Both the position numbers and the translations under genes were made by a program. Shown here piece by piece: positions 1-7,968 of a stretch of 64,000 bases of DNA (position 1 is the stretch's first letter; each line of letters opens with the position of its first letter). This DNA comes from an uncultured bacterium (GTDB lineage Bacteria > Oederibacteriota > PGYV01 > Palsa-1178): NCBI GenBank assembly GCA_937889595.1, contig CALAOR010000057.1, forward strand, positions 7,500 to 71,499, written 5' to 3'. Under the pieces are notes generated by a model that saw only the letters and a program-made list of their open reading frames with translations, was not told the DNA's origin and did no database searches.

Positions 1-415
1 TCAGTTATTGTCTGCGTTATTGTCTGCGTTACAGTCTGCGTCACTGTCTGCGTCACTGTCTGCGTCACTGTCTGCGTTACGGTCTGCGTCACTGTCTGTG
101 TTACTGTCTCAGTTATTGTCTGCGTTATTGTCTGCGTTACAGTCTGCGTCACTGTCTGCGTCACTGTCTGCGTCACTGTCTGCGTTACGGTCTGCGTCAC
201 TGTCTGTGTTACTGTCTCAGTTATTGTCTGCGTTATTGTCTGCGTTACAGTCTGCGTCACGGTCTGTGTTACAGTCTGCGTTACTGTCTGTGTTACTGTC
301 TGTGTTACTGTCTGCGTCACCGTCTGCGTTACTGTCTGCGTTACTGTCTGTGTTACAGTCTGCGTCACGGTCTGTGTTACTGTCTGTGTTATTGTCCTTG
401 TCACGGTAAATGTCG
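1..415. repeat. Tandem repeat: 12-bp unit (tgtctgcgtcac and variants) organised in a 108-bp higher-order repeat. It is present as two identical copies (1..108, 109..216) plus diverged copies to about 415. It encodes (TVTQ)n on the minus strand.
   Basis: Direct reading of the sequence: 1..108 is identical to 109..216, and the 12-bp periodicity is visible throughout. Confidence 0.9.
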
Positions 416-1529
416 GTGACACGACCATAACCTGCTGGGAATAACCGTTCGGCACAGTGGAGCTGAAAAAGTTGTTTATGGTGCTTGTAAACATTTTTGG
501 ACCGCTGTTTGAAGAAGCGCTGAAAGTTATGACGTCAAAATTTGGATTGCTTAACGTGTTCCATTCGTTGCCGGTATAGTATATCTGTATGTAGTTGCCG
601 AGCTGCGTTACTATTCCGCCCTTCTGGCTTAAAGGCACTCCTATTACCGTAACACCGGGCGGTATAAAGATAAATATGGACGCGATAGGCCCGTCCCCGT
701 TGGCCGCCGCATAATATGAGTATGTTACCGTATCCCCCGATACAGCCGTCACAGGGATTATGTAGGCATAAACAGCCGGAGTGGAAGTACATGTGACGGT
801 TATCGTAGGAGTGTTTGTGAACGTTGGCATTTGAGTCGCTGTATGGGTCAATGTCGCGGTCATAGTATGCGTTAAGGTTTCCGTAGATGTGGGCGTTCCG
901 GAATTTGTGGGAATTTCAGTGTTTGTCTCCGTGAAAGACGGGATTTGTGTCTGAGTGGATGATTCCGTGGGTGAAACAGTTTCGGTCATGATCGGGATGG
1001 AATAATCAACGGAAAGGTATATATAATCTACTGAGAACTGATTGAAGTCCGGGCCAGAAGGCGTAATGGAAAGTCCGAAGGAATTTATGTCCAAGATGCT
1101 CCACGTATGTGATATGGGAATATTGGAAGACTGCGCCACAATGCTTAAGTCAGTGTCGCTTCCGGCTGTCCAGGAGCCGCCGTTATCAAAGGAGTAATTA
1201 ACGCTGAACACATCAGTACCGGTCACCAAAGGCGTTTTCTCGGAGGTCACATGGAGCACCATCAAAGCAACCGAATTAATGACTGCTCCGGTAAACGGGA
1301 ACTGCGCGAATGACGTAAAAAGGCTGGCTCCGGCTGCCGTCGTAGTGGCGCTGTTATAGTCGGGAGTGCTTATGAATGACGCATTTGCCCATGACAAATC
1401 GTTTGGATAGCCTGCCATGGAACCCGTTGCTGACAGATTTATGATATCCGCGTTTACAGCGCTAAAAGAACATGCCCATATCGCGCAAACTGTTATGGAA
1501 AGCCTTATAAATAATGCTCTTAAAGACAA
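1..1529 (-). CDS. Large secreted Thr-rich repeat surface protein, partial (C-terminus beyond the window start). Probable TTG start at 1529 with a signal peptide MSLRALFIRLSITVCAIWACSFSAVNA. Two globular regions separated by a T/P-rich linker, then TVTQ tetrapeptide repeats.
   Basis: Manual translation of the minus strand gives an uninterrupted frame from 1529 to position 1. No other ORF of 60 aa or more exists in 800..1500 in any frame, consistent with one edge-truncated ORF missing from the track. The N-terminus is signal-peptide-like with an AxA cleavage site. Confidence 0.6.
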   Translation of the reverse strand, partial: MSLRALFIRLSITVCAIWACSFSAVNADIINLSATGSMAGYPNDLSWANASFISTPDYNSATTTAAGASLFTSFAQFPFTGAVINSVALMVLHVTSEKTPLVTGTDVFSVNYSFDNGGSWTAGSDTDLSIVAQSSNIPISHTWSILDINSFGLSITPSGPDFNQFSVDYIYLSVDYSIPIMTETVSPTESSTQTQIPSFTETNTEIPTNSGTPTSTETLTHTMTATLTHTATQMPTFTNTPTITVTCTSTPAVYAYIIPVTAVSGDTVTYSYYAAANGDGPIASIFIFIPPGVTVIGVPLSQKGGIVTQLGNYIQIYYTGNEWNTLSNPNFDVITFSASSNSGPKMFTSTINNFFSSTVPNGYSQQVMVVSPTFTVTRTITQTVTQTVTQTVTQTVTQTVTQTVTQTVTQTVTQTVTQTVTQTVTQTVTQTITQTITETVTQTVTQTVTQTVTQTVTQTVTQTVTQTITQTITETVTQTVTQTVTQTVTQTVTQTVTQTVTQTITQTIT

Positions 1530-1731
1530 AATTAACCCTTTTCCAAACCGTTTTTTACACGGTTTTTCAGCGTTTTTTTAGCCTATACAGTTATATTGCC
1601 GTTATTTTCAGAAAAAATGACGAAAGTAAGGCATTTATAGTATACTACAGGTTTCAGGGGTTTTCAAATAGATATTTTCGTATTCCGTATAATAAGGAAG
1701 GCTGGCAATAACCAATAAGTAATTGGTTATT

Positions 1732-2607
1732 TTATTTTTTAGAATGCGGGTGCGCCTTATCATACTCGCGTTTGAGCTTGTTTATGGACAAATGCGTGTA
1801 TATCTGGGTCGTGGAGAGGTTGGCGTGGCCGAGGAGTTCCTGCACTGAACGCAGGTCCGCGCCCCTGTCGAGCAGGTGCGTGGCAAACGAATGGCGGAGC
1901 GTGTGCGGGGTGACTTTTTTTTCTATACCGGCTTTAACCGCGTATTTTTTTATCATCATTTCTATGGCGCGCGTAGTCAGCCTTCCCCTGTTTTTATTTA
2001 TGAACAGGGCGCCTGAAGGCAGTATTTTTTTCAGCTCTTTCATATATTTCCTTAAACACGCCACAGCCTGGCCTCCGGTCGGCACAATCCGTTCTTTCGC
2101 GCCCTTGCCGAGCACTTTTATCTCTTCATTCACAAAATCCACGTCGGTTGTATCAAGCGTGGTTATTTCGTGCACCCTGATGCCGGTTGAATAAAGAAGT
2201 TCGAGTATGGTCTTGTCCCTTAAAGCTAAAAAATCCTTTTCGCCTGCCGCGTCCAGCAGGGCTTCTGTTTCCTGTTCTGTCAGCACGTCCGGGAGGCGCT
2301 TATCGTCTTTGGGTGTAAGTATGTATAAAAAAGGGTTCTTGGATATTTTTTTTATTTTTACCAGGTATTTATAAAAATTCCTGACAGCGATTACTTTGCG
2401 GATAATTGAGGTTTTGTCGTATTTTTTCTTATTTAAAAATTCCAGGAATTCCCTTATCTTATTTTCCTCCACGTCAACCGTTCCTTCCGTGAATCCGAGG
2501 AACTGCCTTATGTCGCGGGAATAGCCGTCAACAGTGTGTATGGAATAATTTTTTTCAAAAGACAGGTATTTGACGTATGCGGCAAGTTCTTCCGAACCAT
2601 TACTCAT
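1732..2607 (-). CDS. xerC: Tyrosine recombinase XerC (chromosome dimer resolution)
   Basis: C-terminal catalytic motifs HTLRHSFATHLL and LGHANLSTTQIYTHL. Conserved dprA-topA-xerC gene order. Confidence 0.85.
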   Translation of the reverse strand: MSNGSEELAAYVKYLSFEKNYSIHTVDGYSRDIRQFLGFTEGTVDVEENKIREFLEFLNKKKYDKTSIIRKVIAVRNFYKYLVKIKKISKNPFLYILTPKDDKRLPDVLTEQETEALLDAAGEKDFLALRDKTILELLYSTGIRVHEITTLDTTDVDFVNEEIKVLGKGAKERIVPTGGQAVACLRKYMKELKKILPSGALFINKNRGRLTTRAIEMMIKKYAVKAGIEKKVTPHTLRHSFATHLLDRGADLRSVQELLGHANLSTTQIYTHLSINKLKREYDKAHPHSKK

Positions 2608-5002
2608 TTGTCTCCGGTTTTGGGGCCTCTTCCGGCTTATCCGCTTTATAGTCGCACTTTTTGCAGTAAATCACGCTGCCTGTCTTTTTCCATTTTTCCA
2701 GCAAAAAATCAGCTCCGCACTGCGGGCATTTTTCCTGGAAGGGCTTGTCCCAAACCATGAATTTGCATGTGGGATAGTTTGAACATCCGTAAAATTTCCT
2801 GTAACGCTTGAAGGTTCTCTCTATGACATCGCCTGTGCCGCAGTCGGGGCACTTGACCCCCATTTTTTTGACTATCTGCCTGGTGTACCTGCAATCAGGG
2901 TACTTTGAGCACGCTATAAAATCGCCGTAGGGCCCGCGCTTGATTATCAGCGGCGCGCCGCATGTGGGGCAGTTTTCATTAAGCTGCACTTCTTCCTTTA
3001 CAGCGCCGTTCTCATCCAGCGGCTTCGCGTTCTTGCATTCGGGGTATTTCTCGCAGGACAGGAACTTTCCGTGGCGCCCCCATTTGATTATCATTTTAGC
3101 GCCGCATTTTTCGCATATAAGACCCGTGTCGCCCTCTATGTCCTTTTTCATGTCAAGCATGTAAGGCTCGGCGGCTTTTAAAAGCACTTCAAACTTGGCA
3201 TAAAAATCCTTTAACAGGTCCTGATACCTTATCGTGCCTTCTTCCACCTTGTCAAGGTCGGCTTCCATTTTTGCGGTAAATTCCTCATTAATAATGTCGG
3301 AAAAATTCTTAAGTATTATTTCGCATACCAGGGTCCCGAGTTCCGTTGGCGTAAACTTGCTTTTTTCCCTTGTTATATACCTGCGCGCGACGAGCGTGGA
3401 AATGATGGGTGCGTAAGTGGAAGGCCTGCCTATGTCCTTTTCCTCCAAAGCCTTGATAAGCGTTGCGTCTGAAAATGACGGAGGCGGCTGTGTAAAGTGC
3501 TGTTCCGGGATAAGTTCTTTTAACCCGAGTTTTTCCCCCTGCACCACGTCAGGCAGGCGGCGCTCTTCCGGCTTGTCTTCATCAAGATTGGCAGACGCGT
3601 TGTCAGCCGGCTTTTCCAGTTCAGTTACAACTTCGTATACCTTTAAGAACCCGTCAAAACGCTGTATGGAGCCGTTTGCCTGGAAAGTATATTCACCTGC
3701 CGATATTTTTACCCTGGTGTCGTCGGAAATCGACGGTGACATCTGGGACGCCACAAAACGCTTCCAGATAAGCGAATATATTTTAAACTGGTCATTGTCC
3801 AGGTTTTCCTTTATATCAGCCGGCTGGCGGAGCACGGAAGACGGACGGATAGCCTCATGCGCGTCCTGCGCCGACTTTTTTGACTTAAAAACATTCGGTG
3901 TCTCCGGAAGGTATTCTTTACCTATGCTGTTTGCTATATATCCGGCCGCTTCTTTCTGCGCCTCTTCAGCGATCCTAAGCGAATCGGTCCTCATGTATGT
4001 TATCAAACCGACCTGCCCTTCGCCTTTTATATCAAGTCCCTCATATAACTGCTGGGCTATCATCATGGTTTTTTGGGCCGTGAAATGATGCTTGTGCGCC
4101 GCGTCCTGCTGGAGGCTTGAGGTTATAAAAGGAGGAAGCGGTTTCCTGCGTCTTTCTTTTTTAACCACCTCGGATATTATGTACTGGGCTTTCTGCAGCT
4201 GCTCAACTATGGCCCGGCTGTCTGTTTCGTTCTTTAAGTCTATTTTTTCATTGTTCTTTTCAGTGAGTTTGGCGTCTATTACCTGTTTGCCGTCATTCTC
4301 AAGTATGGCGCGTATGGACCAGTACTCGACCGGATTGAACTTGTCTATCTCAGCCTGGCGCTCGACTATTAATTTCAGTGCGACTGACTGGACCCTGCCC
4401 GCAGACAGACCTTTTCTGATGGCTTTCCAGAGAAGCGGGCTAAGCTTGTAACCAACGAGCCTGTCGAGTATCCTTCTTCCCTGCTGGGCGTTAACAAGGT
4501 TCATGTTTATCTCACGCGGATTTTCCAGCGCTTTTGTGACGGCTGTTTTTGTTATTTCATTGAATAACACCCTGAATATTTTTTTGTCCTTGAACTTTTT
4601 TACCTCTTCTGCCACGTGCCAGCCTATGGCCTCCCCCTCGCGGTCGGGGTCGGTAGCGAGGTATACTTCATCAACAGTCTTTATTTCTTTTTTTATCTCT
4701 GATAGTATCAGCCGCTTATCCTTAAGGACTATGTAATGCGGCGCAAACTCATGTTCTATATCTATTCCAAGCTTGGATTTTGGAAGGTCTTTTATATGCC
4801 CCTTTGTGGCCATGACCTTATACTTGGAACCGAGGTATTTTTTTATGGTTTTGACCTTGGTAGGCGACTCAACCAGGATAAGTTTGCCGCCCTTTATCTT
4901 TTTGGCCTTTTTCTTCCTGGCTTTCTTTTCAGCAGGAGGTGCGGCGGCGGCTTCTGCGGGCGGCGCTTCCTGCGGGTTTTTGTTTTCTTCGTTTTCAGCC
5001 AA
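2600..5002 (-). CDS. topA: DNA topoisomerase I with C-terminal Zn-ribbon repeats and a 40-aa Lys/Ala-rich N-terminal extension (TTG start)
   Basis: TOPRIM N-terminus (LVESPTKVKTI), a Type IA topoisomerase core, and four CxxC...CxxC zinc fingers at the C-terminus. Confidence 0.95.
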   Translation of the reverse strand: MAENEENKNPQEAPPAEAAAAPPAEKKARKKKAKKIKGGKLILVESPTKVKTIKKYLGSKYKVMATKGHIKDLPKSKLGIDIEHEFAPHYIVLKDKRLILSEIKKEIKTVDEVYLATDPDREGEAIGWHVAEEVKKFKDKKIFRVLFNEITKTAVTKALENPREINMNLVNAQQGRRILDRLVGYKLSPLLWKAIRKGLSAGRVQSVALKLIVERQAEIDKFNPVEYWSIRAILENDGKQVIDAKLTEKNNEKIDLKNETDSRAIVEQLQKAQYIISEVVKKERRRKPLPPFITSSLQQDAAHKHHFTAQKTMMIAQQLYEGLDIKGEGQVGLITYMRTDSLRIAEEAQKEAAGYIANSIGKEYLPETPNVFKSKKSAQDAHEAIRPSSVLRQPADIKENLDNDQFKIYSLIWKRFVASQMSPSISDDTRVKISAGEYTFQANGSIQRFDGFLKVYEVVTELEKPADNASANLDEDKPEERRLPDVVQGEKLGLKELIPEQHFTQPPPSFSDATLIKALEEKDIGRPSTYAPIISTLVARRYITREKSKFTPTELGTLVCEIILKNFSDIINEEFTAKMEADLDKVEEGTIRYQDLLKDFYAKFEVLLKAAEPYMLDMKKDIEGDTGLICEKCGAKMIIKWGRHGKFLSCEKYPECKNAKPLDENGAVKEEVQLNENCPTCGAPLIIKRGPYGDFIACSKYPDCRYTRQIVKKMGVKCPDCGTGDVIERTFKRYRKFYGCSNYPTCKFMVWDKPFQEKCPQCGADFLLEKWKKTGSVIYCKKCDYKADKPEEAPKPETNE

Positions 5003-5039
5003 AGTTTTATCTCCGTATTCAAAAATTTTTATTTATGCA

Positions 5040-6146
5040 TCATAGAGCCCTTACAAAATTTTTCCCCGCCAACTGCTTCACCACGCCTTTCATCTCCAAA
5101 ATAGTGAGAAGCGGGCTTAATTTAATAATCTCTATATTACTTTCAATTGAAATATTGTCAATATGTTTTTTTTCAAAATTAAGCGCGTCATATACTTTTT
5201 TCTCGTTTTCATCGAGTTTGAGCAGGTTCATCTCCTGCTGCACGTTGCGTTCTTTCGGTTTCGCCAGCAGTTCAAACTCCTCTGTTATGTCGTATATGGA
5301 CATCACGGATTTTGCGCCCTGCTTTATCAGGTTGTTTGCGCCTACGGATTTATCGGCGAATATGTTCCCCGGGACGGCGAATACTTCCCTGCCCTGCTCC
5401 AGTGCGTAATTCGCCGTTATCAGCGCGCCGCTTCTTTCCCCCGCTTCCACGACCAGTATGCCGTCGGACAATCCCGATATCACCCTGTTCCTCCTTGGAA
5501 AGTTCTGCTTTAAAGGCATCATGTCCAGCGGGAATTCCGAGATCAATACTCCCGCCTTTATTATGTGCCGGGCAATATAGTGCTCTTCAAACGGCCATAT
5601 CTTATTGAGCCCGAAACCCAGTATGGCGGCAGTATAAATGTTTTCCCTGATTGACTCCATGTGGGCGATCGTGTCTATACCCCTGGCCATGCCGGACACC
5701 ACTGCAAAGCACAGTTTGGTCTGCTTCATTTCATTGAGTATTTTTTTCAGTGCGCGCTCGCCGTAGTCAGTCGCCATCCTGGTGCCGACTATCCCGATAT
5801 TTAAGGCATTTGCCGGCCATTTGTCATAACGTCCCGCGCAGTACAAAACAGGCGGCGGGTCAAATATGTTCCTTAACTGCCGCGGATAATCATCGTCGAA
5901 AACCGTGATAATCCTTATGTTTTTTTCCGCACATTCTTTTAATTCATTTTCAACCGAGTAAAAATTATTAAAATGAATTATGTACCTGATTATTTCCGTC
6001 CCAATGCCGTCCACTTCCGATAATTGCTGCGCCGTGGCCTCAAAAACATTTTCAGGCGACCCGAACCTGCCTATGAGCCGGTTTAACTTTACCGAGCCTA
6101 TCCCGGGCACCATATTTAAAGCGATAATAGCCGTGCGTGTATCCAT
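5040..6146 (-). CDS. dprA: DNA processing protein DprA/Smf
   Basis: DprA Rossmann-like domain motifs (GxARGID...; VVEAGERSGALITA). Located upstream of topA as in many bacteria. Confidence 0.9.
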   Translation of the reverse strand: MDTRTAIIALNMVPGIGSVKLNRLIGRFGSPENVFEATAQQLSEVDGIGTEIIRYIIHFNNFYSVENELKECAEKNIRIITVFDDDYPRQLRNIFDPPPVLYCAGRYDKWPANALNIGIVGTRMATDYGERALKKILNEMKQTKLCFAVVSGMARGIDTIAHMESIRENIYTAAILGFGLNKIWPFEEHYIARHIIKAGVLISEFPLDMMPLKQNFPRRNRVISGLSDGILVVEAGERSGALITANYALEQGREVFAVPGNIFADKSVGANNLIKQGAKSVMSIYDITEEFELLAKPKERNVQQEMNLLKLDENEKKVYDALNFEKKHIDNISIESNIEIIKLSPLLTILEMKGVVKQLAGKNFVRAL

Positions 6147-6323
6147 GCGTAAAAACCCCCTCTATAGTGGTTTACCAGAAGTAATATATAGAAAAATTGT
6201 TTGTAAGTCAAGAGTGATATGTGTTAGCTATCCTCTTTTATACTTTAAATTTTTTGATTTTGTAGAGAGGGGGCTTGCCCACTCTCTAACGCCGGCTTTA
6301 CAAAATGTATAACCATACAAACG

Positions 6324-6496
6324 AGACTGTCGGAAAGCCTTATAAAACCATGAAATTCTTTATCGTGTCCGGTGCGGATGAAATTTTTCTATGACCTGTG
6401 CGCCACTAAACCCTTTATAATACAAGCGCACAATCCATAGAAAAATTTCATCCGTGCCGGACACGACCTATCATTAAGGACTTTTCCGACAGTATC
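6324..6496. mobile_element. MITE-like palindromic repeat element, full-length copy. TIRs are GAGACTGTCGGAAAG / CTTTTCCGACAGTATC, with nested internal inverted repeats. Flanked by 5-bp direct repeat CAAAC (6318..6322 and 6497..6501).
   Basis: The same element recurs at 25966..26102, 29114..29192, 37203..37369 (variant), 39228..39374 and 59110..59166. The TIRs are near-perfect reverse complements. An internal 30-bp arm (cgtgtccggtgcggatgaaatttttctatg) is repeated inverted. Confidence 0.75.
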
Positions 6497-6629
6497 CAAA
6501 CAGCCGTTTAAAAGCCTTCGGTGAGCGGCAGCAAGCAGCCGCTCTACAGATTATTATTCATACATGCCTGCAACCACCCTTGCCAAACTTGTTTCTTTTG
6601 GTGTATACTTATCTCAAAGGCAGGTGCCC

Positions 6630-7157
6630 ATGAAAAAGCCGTTTATTGTTTTATTCACCTTTTTAACTTTTTTTTCCTTATTAAACGCCGGTGAATTTTC
6701 AAATACCCTTGAAGTAAAGATCCGTGCGCTTGTAAACGTCGAGCGTGTAAAGTACGGTTTAAAGCCCTTAAAGAAAAACCTGACGCTCGGTAAAATCGCG
6801 CGCGGCCACTCAGTGGACATGACTGTCCGCGATTATACCGACCATGTCGACCCGGACGGTTTGGATCCCACAGGCAGGGCAAAAAAAGCCGGCTTTAAGA
6901 CCACCATAAAAAGAGGCAACATCACCCGGGTGGGCGTGGGCGAGAATATTTATGAAACACAGTCATACATGGAGGAAAACGGCGTAAAAACTCCTTATCT
7001 GGAAAAATTGGACATAGTTGCAAATAAAGCAATAGTCGGGTGGATGAACAGCCCGGGCCACAGGAAAAATATTTTAAACCCCGATTATACGATGGAAGGC
7101 ACGGGCGCGGCAGTGTCAAAGGATAAAAAGGTCAAGGTAACGCAGATGTTCTTTTAG
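6630..7157 (+). CDS. Secreted CAP/SCP/PR-1 (YkwD-like) domain protein
   Basis: Signal peptide MKKPFIVLFTFLTFFSLLNA. CAP-domain motifs (GHSVDM...; VGWMNSPGHRKNIL). ATG at 6630 preferred over the upstream ATG at 6564. Confidence 0.8.
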   Translation: MKKPFIVLFTFLTFFSLLNAGEFSNTLEVKIRALVNVERVKYGLKPLKKNLTLGKIARGHSVDMTVRDYTDHVDPDGLDPTGRAKKAGFKTTIKRGNITRVGVGENIYETQSYMEENGVKTPYLEKLDIVANKAIVGWMNSPGHRKNILNPDYTMEGTGAAVSKDKKVKVTQMFF

Positions 7158-7173
7158 TTACGACAGTAACTAT

Positions 7174-7932
7174 TTACCAGTCTGTTTTTACAGGTTTTTC
7201 TTCCTTTTCATCATTGCCAAACGCGAGCATCAGGCCCGCGCCTATATAAAAACCCGAATAATCGACATTCTGGGGCGTTACTTCATTCCCGTACAGCGGC
7301 CCCCAGTTTATATCTATGCTTCCCTTTGCATACCTGTAGCCGCCCCGGAATGAAACGCCAAACTTGTCATTCAGCCACATGTCCATACCGGCCTCAAAAT
7401 TAAAGCCGTACAGGGCCGTGTTCCATGTTTTTTCAATTGTAAGCATATCTGACCCGTCGGGATAATATATAATGTCTTTTTCCCTGTTCCCCGAATTCAG
7501 GTAAAAGCAGGCGTCTGCCCCAACATAAAATGCGGCAATATACTTTCTTACCCCGAAACCGCCGTAATACACGCTGTAGTCGGACGTCATCTTTTCAAAA
7601 ACTGTTGCAGGATCGTAAAAGAGTTTTGATTCATTCCCCGCGTTAAGCCTTCCCCCGCGGAAATAAACCCCCCATGTTCCCGAATTTAAGCTCTCAAGGT
7701 TATAAACATAGCTGAATTCCGAAAGTACCGCGGTATCCATCCTGTTAAACTGCGATGATATCCCGTAGTAATTATATATATCGCGGCTTTGCTGGATCAA
7801 GGTATTGTAATCGGACATGGTTATCTGGTCATAAGCGATAAAAATTTCCATGTAACTTTTATTATTTGAGGCGCCCGCCCGGATTAACCCGGCTAAAAAA
7901 ACAAAAGTGATTATAATCGCATATTTTTTCAT
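7174..7932 (-). CDS. Outer-membrane beta-barrel protein (OmpW/Opa-like porin family)
   Basis: Signal peptide, alternating amphipathic beta-strand pattern, aromatic-rich sequence with a C-terminal aromatic residue. Confidence 0.6.
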   Translation of the reverse strand: MKKYAIIITFVFLAGLIRAGASNNKSYMEIFIAYDQITMSDYNTLIQQSRDIYNYYGISSQFNRMDTAVLSEFSYVYNLESLNSGTWGVYFRGGRLNAGNESKLFYDPATVFEKMTSDYSVYYGGFGVRKYIAAFYVGADACFYLNSGNREKDIIYYPDGSDMLTIEKTWNTALYGFNFEAGMDMWLNDKFGVSFRGGYRYAKGSIDINWGPLYGNEVTPQNVDYSGFYIGAGLMLAFGNDEKEEKPVKTDW

Positions 7933-7968
7933 TTTTCCCTGTTTGACATTATCCGTATTTATTGACCG

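Noticed and set aside
8-409. Plus-strand 133-aa ORF (SALLSALQSASL...)
   Set aside because: Frame-independent artefact of the 12-bp tandem repeat. The real gene is on the minus strand and runs off the window edge.
1-415. Possible CRISPR array
   Set aside because: The repeats are contiguous 12-bp units without unique spacers, and they are in-frame coding sequence. The MITE and family-B repeats are also irregularly spaced. No cas genes are present.
1732-2607. Tyrosine recombinase as marker of a prophage or integrative element (together with dinB and the MITEs)
   Set aside because: The recombinase has XerC-specific C-terminal motifs and sits in the conserved dprA-topA-xerC housekeeping arrangement. 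No phage structural, terminase or att-like repeats were seen.
3417-4451. Several 100-220-aa plus-strand ORFs across topA
   Set aside because: They are antisense to a strongly supported topA gene and have no motifs.
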